NCBI GenBank assembly: GCA_009694755.1 | Contig: SICU01000001.1 | Coordinates: 1-48,513, forward strand | Length of the DNA stretch: 48,513 nucleotides | Direction: 5' to 3' | Source: Candidatus Pacearchaeota archaeon | GTDB lineage: Archaea; Nanobdellota; Nanobdellia; Pacearchaeales; GW2011-AR1 | Shown here: positions 28,183 to 36,705 of the stretch, piece by piece | Numbering within the stretch: the first letter of the stretch is position 1 | Layout: every line of letters begins with the position of its first letter | Notes under the pieces: model-generated | What the model saw: only the letters and a program-made list of their open reading frames with translations | Told to the model about the DNA's origin: nothing | The model's database searches: none | Translations under genes and position numbers: made by a program

Positions 28183-28698
28183 ATGTTTAAGAGAGGTGTG
28201 AGTCCGATTATTGCGACAGTGTTATTGCTTGTGTTAACTGTGGGACTTGCGTCGATAATTTTTGCTTTTGTTATTCCGTTCGTGCAAGAACAACTAGGAA
28301 GCAGTAAAGCGTGCTTGAAAGTTCTTGATGGCGTTGAATTTGCAGATAGCGAATTTAATTGTTATATTGTTGGTGCAACTATTAATGAAACAGGAGTTTC
28401 AATTAAAGTTAAAAAATCTGAAGTTACTTCTGTTAAAGTTTCATTTATAGATAATGAAGGAAATTCGGAAGTTAAAAATATAAATAATAGTTTTGCTGAT
28501 TCTGGAATGAGAGTAATCGGTGTATCTGGTTGGAACTCACTTATTTCAGATTTTCCATCTGCTGGAGAACAGAGAACTTACATTTTAAACAAAAAGTATT
28601 CTCGTGCTGAAATATCCGCTGTTACTGAATCTGGAAATATTTGTGCTGTTGCAGACATAATGGAATTTAAGCCTTGCACTGTTGGTGTATTATTTTAA
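28183..28698 (+). CDS. Archaeal type IV pilin
   Basis: MFKRG|VSPIIATVLLLVLTVGLASIIFAF. Confidence 0.85.
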   Translation: MFKRGVSPIIATVLLLVLTVGLASIIFAFVIPFVQEQLGSSKACLKVLDGVEFADSEFNCYIVGATINETGVSIKVKKSEVTSVKVSFIDNEGNSEVKNINNSFADSGMRVIGVSGWNSLISDFPSAGEQRTYILNKKYSRAEISAVTESGNICAVADIMEFKPCTVGVLF

Positions 28699-29231
28699 TG
28701 ATTTTAAAAAATCGGAGCGGACAAATTTGGATTGAAACGGTTATTTACACACTTATAGGTTTAGCACTAATTGGATTAGTTCTTGCAATTCTTACACCTA
28801 AAATTAAAGAATTTAAAGATAAAACTGTTATTGAAGAAACTATTTCTTTGCTGAATATTTTTGATTCAAAGATAAATGATGTTCTCGCTGCTCCTGGAAA
28901 TAAAAGGAAAATTCAGATGACTATTGATAAAGGAACTCTCGGTGTGAATTCTATAGGTGACTCTTTTAAATTTGTTCTCGATCAATCGCGCGTAAAATAT
29001 TCTGAACCGGGAATTACTATCGGGATTGGAAGAATTAATGTAACTACTGAAATTGCTGGTGAAAATTATAAAGTTACTCTTGAATTAAATTATAATCATA
29101 ATATCACTTTTGGTGGGCAAGAAACTGATCTGAAAGAATTCACGCCCGCCACAATTCCGTATAATATTTTTATTGAAAATAGAGGTTTATTGAATGGAAA
29201 ATATGTTATTGATTTGAGTCAAGGAAATTAG
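28698..29231 (+). CDS. Prepilin-like protein
   Basis: TAATG overlap with the upstream stop. MILKNRSG|QIWIETVIYTLIGLALIGLVL, with Glu at +5 after the predicted cleavage. Confidence 0.75.
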   Translation: MILKNRSGQIWIETVIYTLIGLALIGLVLAILTPKIKEFKDKTVIEETISLLNIFDSKINDVLAAPGNKRKIQMTIDKGTLGVNSIGDSFKFVLDQSRVKYSEPGITIGIGRINVTTEIAGENYKVTLELNYNHNITFGGQETDLKEFTPATIPYNIFIENRGLLNGKYVIDLSQGN

Positions 29232-29275
29232 GTAGATTTAAATGTTTAAAGAGATAAATTATTTTGAGGTGTGTA

Positions 29276-30802
29276 ATGCTTACAGTTCAAATTAATCCAA
29301 ATCCCCCTATTCCGAATTTGCCTAAAATAACTGATAAAACTCGGTTAGATGTTCGCTATTCTTTGATACAACCATTTGCAAATGCACATATTTATTGGGA
29401 CGCTGAACTTGGCGAATTAATTTATGACCTTGAAGAACCAATTCTTAATGGGGAAGAAAAAAATGCGATAAAACGTCTTGAAGAAGCGATTATTGAAATG
29501 ATTAATGTTAATGTTGTTACTGAAAAAACGAATGATAAAATAATGGAATATATTGACAAGACTGCGAAATTTTTGATTAGTGAATTAAATTTGAAAATAA
29601 ATGAAGAAAGTTATAAAAAAATATTTTATTATTTATATCGAGATTTTGTCGGATTGAATGAAATTGAACCGATGTTAAGAGATTATTTTATTGAGGATAT
29701 TGAATGTAATGGACTTAATACACCAGTTTATATTGTGCATAGAGTTTATCGAAATATTAGAACAAATTTGAAATTTAACGATATGGATAAATTGTCTGGT
29801 TTTGTTGAAAAATTAGCGCAACGTTCTGGGAAATATGTTTCTTACTCTGAACCTTTGCTTGACGGAACTCTTCCTGACGGAAGTCGTGTAAATGCAACTT
29901 TTACGCAAGATATCACTTCAAGAGGTCCAACTTTTACAATTCGTAAATTTACTAAAGTTCCGTGGACTCCAATTCAACTTATTACGATGGATACTTTGAG
30001 TCCTGAAATGCTCGCTTATTTTTGGATGTTGATACAATATAAATCTAATATTTTTATTGCGGGCGGAACCTCTTCTGGGAAGACGACTTTGCTTAATGCA
30101 ATTGCGTTTTTTATTCCTCCTGAAGCGAGAGTAGTTTCTATCGAAGATACAAGAGAATTAAATTTGCCTCGTGAAAATTGGATTCCGGCAGTTGCACGTG
30201 TTGCGATAGGAACAGGAAGCGTCGGAGAAATAGATTTATTTGATTTGCTGAAAAATTCGTTTAGACAAAATCCTAATTATGTTATTGTTGGAGAAGTAAG
30301 AGGTAAAGAAGCATTCGTATTATTTCAAGGAATGGCGTCGGGACACCCTTCAATAAGCACAATGCACGCTGATTCTGTTGACACTCTGATTAAACGTTTG
30401 GAAACTCCGCCGATTGAATTGCCTCCTACGTTAGTTAATTCTCTTGATTGTGTCGCAATTATGACTCATGCCGTCGTTAAAAATCATGAAACGCGAAAGT
30501 TACGTGAAATTGTAGAAATAATAAATGTTAAAAATGACGGAACGGCTTTAATCAACACTCCGTTTGTTTGGAATGCTGCACAAAATTTATTTTATTTCAA
30601 AAAAGAAAGTAAAGTTTTTGAAAAAATTTCTGTTCGTTATGGTTTAAGCATGCAACATCTTCAACAAGAATTTGTGCGTCGTGCAAAACTACTTTATACT
30701 TTGCATCAAAAGAAAATATCTGGATTTGACGAGGTTAGAAAAATAATTACTGATTATTACCTCAACCCTGCTGAAGTTTTGCAAAAATATGACATAGTAT
30801 AG
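29276..30802 (+). CDS. Type IV pilus/archaellum-type secretion ATPase (FlaI/PilB/VirB11 superfamily)
   Basis: Walker A GGTSSGKTT, Asp box IEDTRELNL, Walker B NYVIVGEVRG, His box GHPSISTMHA. Confidence 0.9.
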   Translation: MLTVQINPNPPIPNLPKITDKTRLDVRYSLIQPFANAHIYWDAELGELIYDLEEPILNGEEKNAIKRLEEAIIEMINVNVVTEKTNDKIMEYIDKTAKFLISELNLKINEESYKKIFYYLYRDFVGLNEIEPMLRDYFIEDIECNGLNTPVYIVHRVYRNIRTNLKFNDMDKLSGFVEKLAQRSGKYVSYSEPLLDGTLPDGSRVNATFTQDITSRGPTFTIRKFTKVPWTPIQLITMDTLSPEMLAYFWMLIQYKSNIFIAGGTSSGKTTLLNAIAFFIPPEARVVSIEDTRELNLPRENWIPAVARVAIGTGSVGEIDLFDLLKNSFRQNPNYVIVGEVRGKEAFVLFQGMASGHPSISTMHADSVDTLIKRLETPPIELPPTLVNSLDCVAIMTHAVVKNHETRKLREIVEIINVKNDGTALINTPFVWNAAQNLFYFKKESKVFEKISVRYGLSMQHLQQEFVRRAKLLYTLHQKKISGFDEVRKIITDYYLNPAEVLQKYDIV

Positions 30803-30845
30803 CGATTGAATAAGATATATAAACTATTTTTGTTTTGTATCGTCG

Positions 30846-31007
30846 ATGAATAAAGAGAATATTGTCCTTCTTGCCCAACTCTTACACGCGATGCAAGAAA
30901 TAACTGATAAACTTGAAGAAAAATATAATAAAAAAGATTTTGAAGGAGTTGCTCAAACTAAACGTGAATTAAATCGACTTCAAAATAAAGTTAAGGAGAT
31001 ATTATGA
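30846..31007 (+). CDS. Small coiled-coil protein (not in ORF track)
   Basis: 53 aa: MNKENIVLLAQLLHAMQEITDKLEEKYNKKDFEGVAQTKRELNRLQNKVKEIL. Its TGA overlaps the next ATG (ATGA at 31004-31007). Confidence 0.5.
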   Translation: MNKENIVLLAQLLHAMQEITDKLEEKYNKKDFEGVAQTKRELNRLQNKVKEIL

Positions 31008-32293
31008 TTGAACAACTAAAAAAAAATATTATCGCTGAACTAAATATGGTTCGTGAAATAAATAGATTTTATAATTCTTACAATTCTGCTTCTACTGAAG
31101 AAAAAAAATTATTTGAAATGTCTATAAATTCTTTGATTAAACGTATTAAAATATTAAACGAGAGTATTCCGGAAATTCTTAAAAGTATTACGCTAATGAA
31201 GAAATTAGAGTCTAATAAAGAAAATCAAAATTTGATTAACATTCCGTTACAAAAAGAAGTTGAAGTTGTTGTGTCAACTAAAGGAAAAGATGATTTTTTG
31301 AAAGAACTTGCTATAAGCGAAAATCTCTTTAAAAAATTTAAACATAAACAAATCAAAGCAGATAATCAAGTTACTAATTTTCAAACTGCTAGTTTATACG
31401 GAAAAATTGCTAACAAAATGTTTCTGCCAATTTCTCAAAAATTAGTTGATGAAGGTTCATTTAAATCTTTGAGATTGGATGTTAAAAAAAGTAATATCAA
31501 TATTCTTTCTACAACTTACATTTCAATGCTTTTCTTTTCAGCAGTTATTTCTCTTTTTATAGGGCTATTTATTTTAATTTTTTTAGTTTTTTTTAAAATT
31601 AATTTATTAGAATTTACTTTGACTGCTCAAACTAGTGATTTTATTTTGAGATTTGTGAAATTATCTTGGATTCCAATTGCGTTATCTTCGATAACTTGGC
31701 TTTTGTTTTATTCGTATCCTGGTGCAGAAAAAAAGACTCTTGGAAAAAGAATTGAACAAGAATTACCTTTTGTAGTTATTCACATGGGCTCAATATCTGG
31801 AAGTGGAATAGAACCGATAGAAATTTTTAAAATTATTGCTGAAAGTAAAGAATACGAATTTACAGGACAAGAATTTCGTAAAATTTTAAATCAGACTAAT
31901 GTTTATGGTTATAATTTAAGTTCTGCTTTACGAAATGTTTCTCTGTCTACTCCGAGTCAAAAGTTATCAGAATTGCTTAATGGGATAGGGGTTACAATAA
32001 ATTCAGGAGGAGATATACAGAATTTTTTTGAAAGACGCGCTGAAAGTTTATTGTTAGAATATCGTCTTGAAAGAGAGAAAGCAACGAAATCTGCTGAAAC
32101 TTTGATGGACTTGTATATCAGCGTAGCAATTGCAACTCCGATGATTCTTTTAATGCTTCTCGTTGTTATTTCTGTTGCGAAAATTGAAACTGGTTTCAAT
32201 GCTAATCAATTAACTGTTACAATTATCGGTGTTGTTGCGGTCGTAAATATTTTATTCTTATCATTCTTGCATTTGAAGCAACCGGTATCTTAA
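31004..32293 (+). CDS. Pilus platform membrane protein, T2SS-F/FlaJ/TadC-like (with ~160-aa cytoplasmic N-terminal extension)
   Basis: Polytopic. LPFVVIHMGSISGSGIEPIEIFKII and LSSALRNVS...LSELLNGIG fit the T2SSF domain pattern. Confidence 0.75.
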   Translation: MIEQLKKNIIAELNMVREINRFYNSYNSASTEEKKLFEMSINSLIKRIKILNESIPEILKSITLMKKLESNKENQNLINIPLQKEVEVVVSTKGKDDFLKELAISENLFKKFKHKQIKADNQVTNFQTASLYGKIANKMFLPISQKLVDEGSFKSLRLDVKKSNINILSTTYISMLFFSAVISLFIGLFILIFLVFFKINLLEFTLTAQTSDFILRFVKLSWIPIALSSITWLLFYSYPGAEKKTLGKRIEQELPFVVIHMGSISGSGIEPIEIFKIIAESKEYEFTGQEFRKILNQTNVYGYNLSSALRNVSLSTPSQKLSELLNGIGVTINSGGDIQNFFERRAESLLLEYRLEREKATKSAETLMDLYISVAIATPMILLMLLVVISVAKIETGFNANQLTVTIIGVVAVVNILFLSFLHLKQPVS

Positions 32294-32294
32294 A

Positions 32295-33158
32295 ATGACA
32301 TTACTAAAAAAATCTCACTGGATAGGACTTATTTTTGGAGCGATTATAATCTTAGTAGATATTTTCTTATTTAGAGGAGAAAATCTTTTCTATTTCTTGT
32401 TAGGAATATCTTTTGCAGTTATGGCTTTGCCTTTTGTTATTGGCACTGTTATTGAAACTGCTGAAGAAAAAGAAAAAAATGAACAGTTCTTGGAATTTGC
32501 TCGCGCTATTTCTGAAAATGTAAAGGGTGGAACGCCGATTGGACAGAGCATAATTAATATGCGAAATAAAAATTTTGGATGCCTAACGGACCATATTGTA
32601 AAAATGGCTAATCAATTGAGTTTAGGAATTCCTATGAATAAAGCGTTTGATACTTTTGCAGAAGATATTGGAAGTATCACTGTAAAACGAGCGATAACTT
32701 TGATTAAAGAAGCTGGTGCGGCTGGTGGAAAAATAGATGCGATACTAGACTCCGTTGCTTCTTCTATTTATCAAATTGAAAAATTAAAAAAGGAACGAAT
32801 GGCTTCAATATCTAATTTAGTTGTTCAAGGATATATTATATTTTTTATTTTTATCGGAATTATGTTGATTATGCAATTTAAAATAATTCCACTTGCTGAT
32901 GAAGCTCAAGGATTTGGAGATATTGGTGGAGGCAGTGCATCTTTGGGAGGAATGGATGGAGTGATTGGTAGGGGTGCCGCTGTTAGTTCTGAAGAACTTG
33001 CAAGACCTTTACTTTATATGTTGATTATTCAAGGAATATTTAGCGGTTTGGCTATTGGCAAACTTACGGAAGGTTCGATAAAAGCGGGAATTAAACATTC
33101 ATTTATTCTTACAATAACTGCATTTCTTGTTTCTACTGGTGCTAAATTATTTCTTTAA
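32295..33158 (+). CDS. Second pilus platform membrane protein (T2SS-F/TadB-like)
   Basis: Polytopic. Cytoplasmic helical bundle segment FLEFARAISENVKGGTPIGQSI...NKAFDTFAED. Confidence 0.7.
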   Translation: MTLLKKSHWIGLIFGAIIILVDIFLFRGENLFYFLLGISFAVMALPFVIGTVIETAEEKEKNEQFLEFARAISENVKGGTPIGQSIINMRNKNFGCLTDHIVKMANQLSLGIPMNKAFDTFAEDIGSITVKRAITLIKEAGAAGGKIDAILDSVASSIYQIEKLKKERMASISNLVVQGYIIFFIFIGIMLIMQFKIIPLADEAQGFGDIGGGSASLGGMDGVIGRGAAVSSEELARPLLYMLIIQGIFSGLAIGKLTEGSIKAGIKHSFILTITAFLVSTGAKLFL

Positions 33159-33902
33159 AATATAAAAAATTTCCTGACTTGTTCTTATCATTTCATATTT
33201 GAGAGATAAGTTATTTAAAAGATTCTCAAACCATCTTCTATAAGGACGATTCATCGGTTTCCCCGATAATGTTCTTGTTGCAAAACTGATTATGAAGTTT
33301 TTTGCTTTTACCTCTGTTAAAAACTTTCTGGCTAATTCAGTTTTATTATTTCCCAGTATATCTAATACTTTGAGAATTAAACATAAATCTACTTCTGGAA
33401 ATTTTTTAACTTCGCGAATGTCTAAGTTATGAATATCTCCCGAAATATTGTTTGCCTTAAAAAAAGCTGAAACTATATCTAAATCATCTTTTTTTATATC
33501 ATACGCGTGATAAATTGCTCCTTTGCGAGCTACTGCCAAAGGATTCAAGCCACACCCTAAGTCTAAAATACTTTTTGGATTTATTGAGGAAATTGTTTCA
33601 TTCAATAAATTATAATCATTTAATCTTTCTTTTGTGGAACTGTGATGTTTTAGTAATTCCTCAAAATTACCTGATTTAATTATTTTTTCTTTTTTTGATT
33701 GACTCGATAAAGAATATTGTCCAGCATATCTCCTAAGTTCTGCGCGAATTATTTTTATTAATGCTTTTCTCGCTTTTTTATTTTGGGGCACTGAAATTTT
33801 ATGTTTTCTTAAATATTCACTCAATGCTGAAATTACTAAATCGTCTGGAATGTCTGAAAGCTCTTTTTTGTTTTTTATTTCTCCGACGATAGAGTCCATC
33901 AA
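33147..33902 (-). CDS. ArmA/Rmt (FmrO) family 16S rRNA (guanine-N7) methyltransferase homologue
   Basis: LLKHHSSTKERL, ILDLGCGLNPLA, IYHAYDIK and NFIISFATRTLSGK line up with the ArmA/RmtB motifs as I recall them (LLKIHSSTNER, ILDFGCGFNPLA, IYHAYDID, NFVISFPIKSLSGK). Confidence 0.75.
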   Translation of the reverse strand: MMDSIVGEIKNKKELSDIPDDLVISALSEYLRKHKISVPQNKKARKALIKIIRAELRRYAGQYSLSSQSKKEKIIKSGNFEELLKHHSSTKERLNDYNLLNETISSINPKSILDLGCGLNPLAVARKGAIYHAYDIKKDDLDIVSAFFKANNISGDIHNLDIREVKKFPEVDLCLILKVLDILGNNKTELARKFLTEVKAKNFIISFATRTLSGKPMNRPYRRWFENLLNNLSLKYEMIRTSQEIFYILKK

Positions 33903-33920
33903 TTAACAAGACTGGTAACC

Positions 33921-33929
33921 TATATAAAT
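33921..33929 (+). promoter_or_regulatory. TATA-like element (TATATAAAT), 29 nt upstream of ATG 33950
   Basis: Position 33921 + 29 = 33950. Confidence 0.5.
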
Positions 33930-33949
33930 TGAAGTATCTTTTCTTAATT

Positions 33950-34645
33950 ATGGTTTCGAAAAGAGGTTTTGGACATATTGAAGCAGTTATAACTTTAGTT
34001 ATCTTTATCGGATTTCTTATTTTTGCATTTTCGTTTTTTAGCCCGTTTAGAACTAGCAGAACTCTAGATTCTACATTAGATTATGCTTGGAGAGAAATTG
34101 AAAAAAATACTTCGGATAATCTTGAGACTTATTCTATTGTTTTTGACTCTTCTGTGGCGAGGTTAGTAGGAATTAATATTCCGGGAATGACTAATTTTAA
34201 TGCGATAATTCTGGATAATTCTGGAAGTTTGATTCCTTCATTTACCAATCAACTTGGAGTGTATTTTGATAGAGCTACAAATAATTTTGTAGTCCTGCAA
34301 TATTCTAAACACTTTGATGCTGGCTTAAATACTATAATTGGAACAATTTTGAATTCTGACAAATATACAATTTCCTCATCTAATTCTAAAAAAATAAGAT
34401 TTGAAAGTTTATTTTTAGAATTAGAAAATAAATATTCTTCCAATTATGTTGAATTAAAGAAAAATTTTAATTTGCCAAATCGCGTGCAGTTCGGTTTTTC
34501 AGTTTTGTTTTCAGATGGAACAAAAATAGAAACACAACAAAATATTCCTGAAAATGTTGAAGTGATTTCTAAAAATGATCGCGTAGAAATTGTTAGAGCG
34601 AATGGAGTTACTGAATTTGCAGAGGTAAATGTTAGAGTATGGTAA
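33950..34645 (+). CDS. Prepilin-like protein
   Basis: MVSKRGFG|HIEAVITLVIFIGFLIFAF. The ATG at 33950 is preferred over the track's TTG at 33929. Confidence 0.7.
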   Translation: MVSKRGFGHIEAVITLVIFIGFLIFAFSFFSPFRTSRTLDSTLDYAWREIEKNTSDNLETYSIVFDSSVARLVGINIPGMTNFNAIILDNSGSLIPSFTNQLGVYFDRATNNFVVLQYSKHFDAGLNTIIGTILNSDKYTISSSNSKKIRFESLFLELENKYSSNYVELKKNFNLPNRVQFGFSVLFSDGTKIETQQNIPENVEVISKNDRVEIVRANGVTEFAEVNVRVW

Positions 34646-35043
34646 ATTCAAAAGGATTAGTTAAACTTATTGAACTTATTATTGCGATTGTGATTATTAT
34701 GGCTATTCTTCTTGTTGCTAATAGACAAAATAAACCTGAACAAAATGCACCCGATATTAGCGAACTTGCACGAGATATTTTAAAAGAAATTGCATCTAAT
34801 GAATCTTTGAGAAATGAAATTCTTGCTGCACAAATAGACACAACTCAAATGATTCAAACTGTTTCTTTTATCAATATTTCTCTGCCAGATTATTTTAATT
34901 TTGAATTAAGAGCTTGTGAATCAAGTAATGCTTGTGGACAATCTTCTTATGTTGGAGACGTTTATTCTGCTGAACGCATAATCGGAGCGACAACGACAAC
35001 TTTTAATACTGTAAAATTACGGCTTTTTATATGGGTAAGATAA
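34639..35043 (+). CDS. Prepilin-like protein
   Basis: MVNSKG|LVKLIELIIAIVIIMAILLV. Overlaps the upstream stop. Confidence 0.7.
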   Translation: MVNSKGLVKLIELIIAIVIIMAILLVANRQNKPEQNAPDISELARDILKEIASNESLRNEILAAQIDTTQMIQTVSFINISLPDYFNFELRACESSNACGQSSYVGDVYSAERIIGATTTTFNTVKLRLFIWVR

Positions 35044-35045
35044 AT

Positions 35046-35471
35046 ATGAAACAGAAAACATTCGAATTCCTTGAACATACAGGAGATGTTAAATTTAAGG
35101 CTAATGGTGAAAACGCTGAAGATTTGTTCAATCATTGTGCTTTAGCTTTGTCGCATCTTTTTTCAAGAGGTAAAAAAATTGCTCAATCTGCTAGACAGGA
35201 ATTTAGTGTTTCGGGAGAAGATTATGAGGCATTACTTTATAATTTTCTTGATGAACTAATTTATTTATTTGACGCAAAACAATTTGTAGTTTCTAAAACT
35301 GAAGTTACTTTGGAAAAAGGAGAAGAGTATACGCTTAATGTCGTAGCTTATGGAGATAATACTAAAAAATATAAAGATTTGGACGCTGTTAAAGCTCCGA
35401 CTTACGCTGAAATGTATTTTAAACAATTGAGTGAAAATGAATGGGAAGCCCAAGTTGTTGTAGATGTTTAA
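35046..35471 (+). CDS. Archease (RtcB activator)
   Basis: MKQKTFEFLEHTGDVKFKANGEN... and a C-terminal ...KAPTYAEMYF... pattern typical of archease. Confidence 0.8.
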   Translation: MKQKTFEFLEHTGDVKFKANGENAEDLFNHCALALSHLFSRGKKIAQSARQEFSVSGEDYEALLYNFLDELIYLFDAKQFVVSKTEVTLEKGEEYTLNVVAYGDNTKKYKDLDAVKAPTYAEMYFKQLSENEWEAQVVVDV

Positions 35472-35638
35472 GCAAGATATATTTAGATAAATCTTTTGGT
35501 TTCTATCTTTTAGCCCGAATTCTGAATTAGACATAACATCAGAATTTAACGAAGTTTTGCGAACAGAGCTGAAACACAAAGTTTCCTCGTGAGTTAAGAA
35601 TTCTCTTTAGGGTGGGAAGTTTTAAAATAACGATAGGT

Positions 35639-36088
35639 TTATGAGAAAAATTTGTTTAATCTTTTATCAAAAAGAAAATATCCCCCAACAACTAAACTTA
35701 GAGCAATCATTAGAATATTCTCAAAGAAAATACCTGTTAAACCGAAAATTGATGTTTCAAATAATCCAAAAAGTAAAAACAAAATTGAAACAGCAATTGT
35801 CATCATTCTTGCCCATTCTTTTCCGTGTAATACTCCTAAACCAAGAATTAAAAACAAAATCGCAATTGGAATTAGAACAATTCCTCCAATAAAAATAAAA
35901 TTAATTGCAATGCTCATAAAAGAAGAAAATTCTTGGTCTCCTTCAAAAAATTTGTCAAATTGAGAAACTTCAATATTTTTTGAAGCGATAAATCCAAAGG
36001 CAAGAATGATAGATATTATCGATAATGCAAAAAACAAAATGGAAATTAGTTTAACAGGTAATGGTTTTTCTGTCATCTCTTTTTTCAT
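35639..36088 (-). CDS. Polytopic small membrane protein
   Basis: 149 aa with four hydrophobic helices. The palindromic TATA (36110-36118) lies ~30 nt upstream. Confidence 0.6.
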   Translation of the reverse strand: MKKEMTEKPLPVKLISILFFALSIISIILAFGFIASKNIEVSQFDKFFEGDQEFSSFMSIAINFIFIGGIVLIPIAILFLILGLGVLHGKEWARMMTIAVSILFLLFGLFETSIFGLTGIFFENILMIALSLVVGGYFLFDKRLNKFFS

Positions 36089-36127
36089 AATGAGTTTAGT
36101 TGTTGAATATTTATAAATCTACGCAAA

Positions 36128-36283
36128 TGGGTGGGGAGGGGAATTCTTAATTTAGTGAGCGTAAGCGAACGGCTGGGAACATCGGAATTTACAGAAGTCG
36201 CTCACCATTCTTGAAAGTATAAAATAAGTGAGCGATTTGGGTGAAGCGACTGCAAGGAGCGAAAGCGCAGCGCCCCCTTTAGA
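36128..36283 (+). ncRNA. GC-rich structured RNA island with RNase P specificity-domain-like signature
   Basis: ACAGAAG (36191-97), then hairpin TCGCTCAC/GTGAGCGA (36198-205 / 36228-35), then GGGTGAAG (36239-46), then hairpin GCG-A-CUGC...GCAGCGC. This mirrors CR-II, P12, CR-III. GAGGGG / CCCCTT can close the domain. TATA 36110-18 predicts a TSS near 36139. Confidence 0.4.
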
Positions 36284-36320
36284 GTTACATTTAAATAGAA
36301 TATATTACTTTGTTATCTTC

Positions 36321-36674
36321 ATGGTAAAAATTTTTGGACTTAGTAAATTTGAATTTCACACTTTTTATGAATTAAAAAAAGAACAAGATTTTCTTTCAGG
36401 ATTTAGAAAATGTCTTGTGGATATGGGATTCGGAGAAGAAAAATATAATATAGAAATTTATGGTTTTGGAAGACCTAACGATAAAGATGCTGAACCTGAT
36501 ACTTCAAAAGAAGAAGATATTAAGGATTATATTGATAAACATTATTTCTTTCAAAATAACGAATTTATGATAGATTTGGTATTTGGAAAGGATAAGATTT
36601 TCTTGATGGTGGCAAGTAAAAAAAACAAGCAACAAGAAATTAGTAAAAAAGTCCAAAAATTTTGTGACTTCTAA
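36321..36674 (+). CDS. Hypothetical protein
   Basis: MVKIFGLSKFEFHTFYELKK..., 117 aa from ATG 36321. The track's GTG 36228 extension runs through the GC-rich RNA-like island. Confidence 0.5.
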   Translation: MVKIFGLSKFEFHTFYELKKEQDFLSGFRKCLVDMGFGEEKYNIEIYGFGRPNDKDAEPDTSKEEDIKDYIDKHYFFQNNEFMIDLVFGKDKIFLMVASKKNKQQEISKKVQKFCDF

Positions 36675-36705
36675 TGTAGCTAAAAAAACGATTGCGTATA
36701 ACATC

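Noticed and set aside
36228-36320. The GTG-initiated N-terminal extension of ORF 36228..36674 (MSDLGEATARSESAAPPLELHL...).
   Set aside because: The extension is GC-rich and Ala/Pro/Ser/Glu-rich, unlike every other protein here. It coincides with hairpins of the RNA-like island. ATG 36321 gives a compositionally normal protein.
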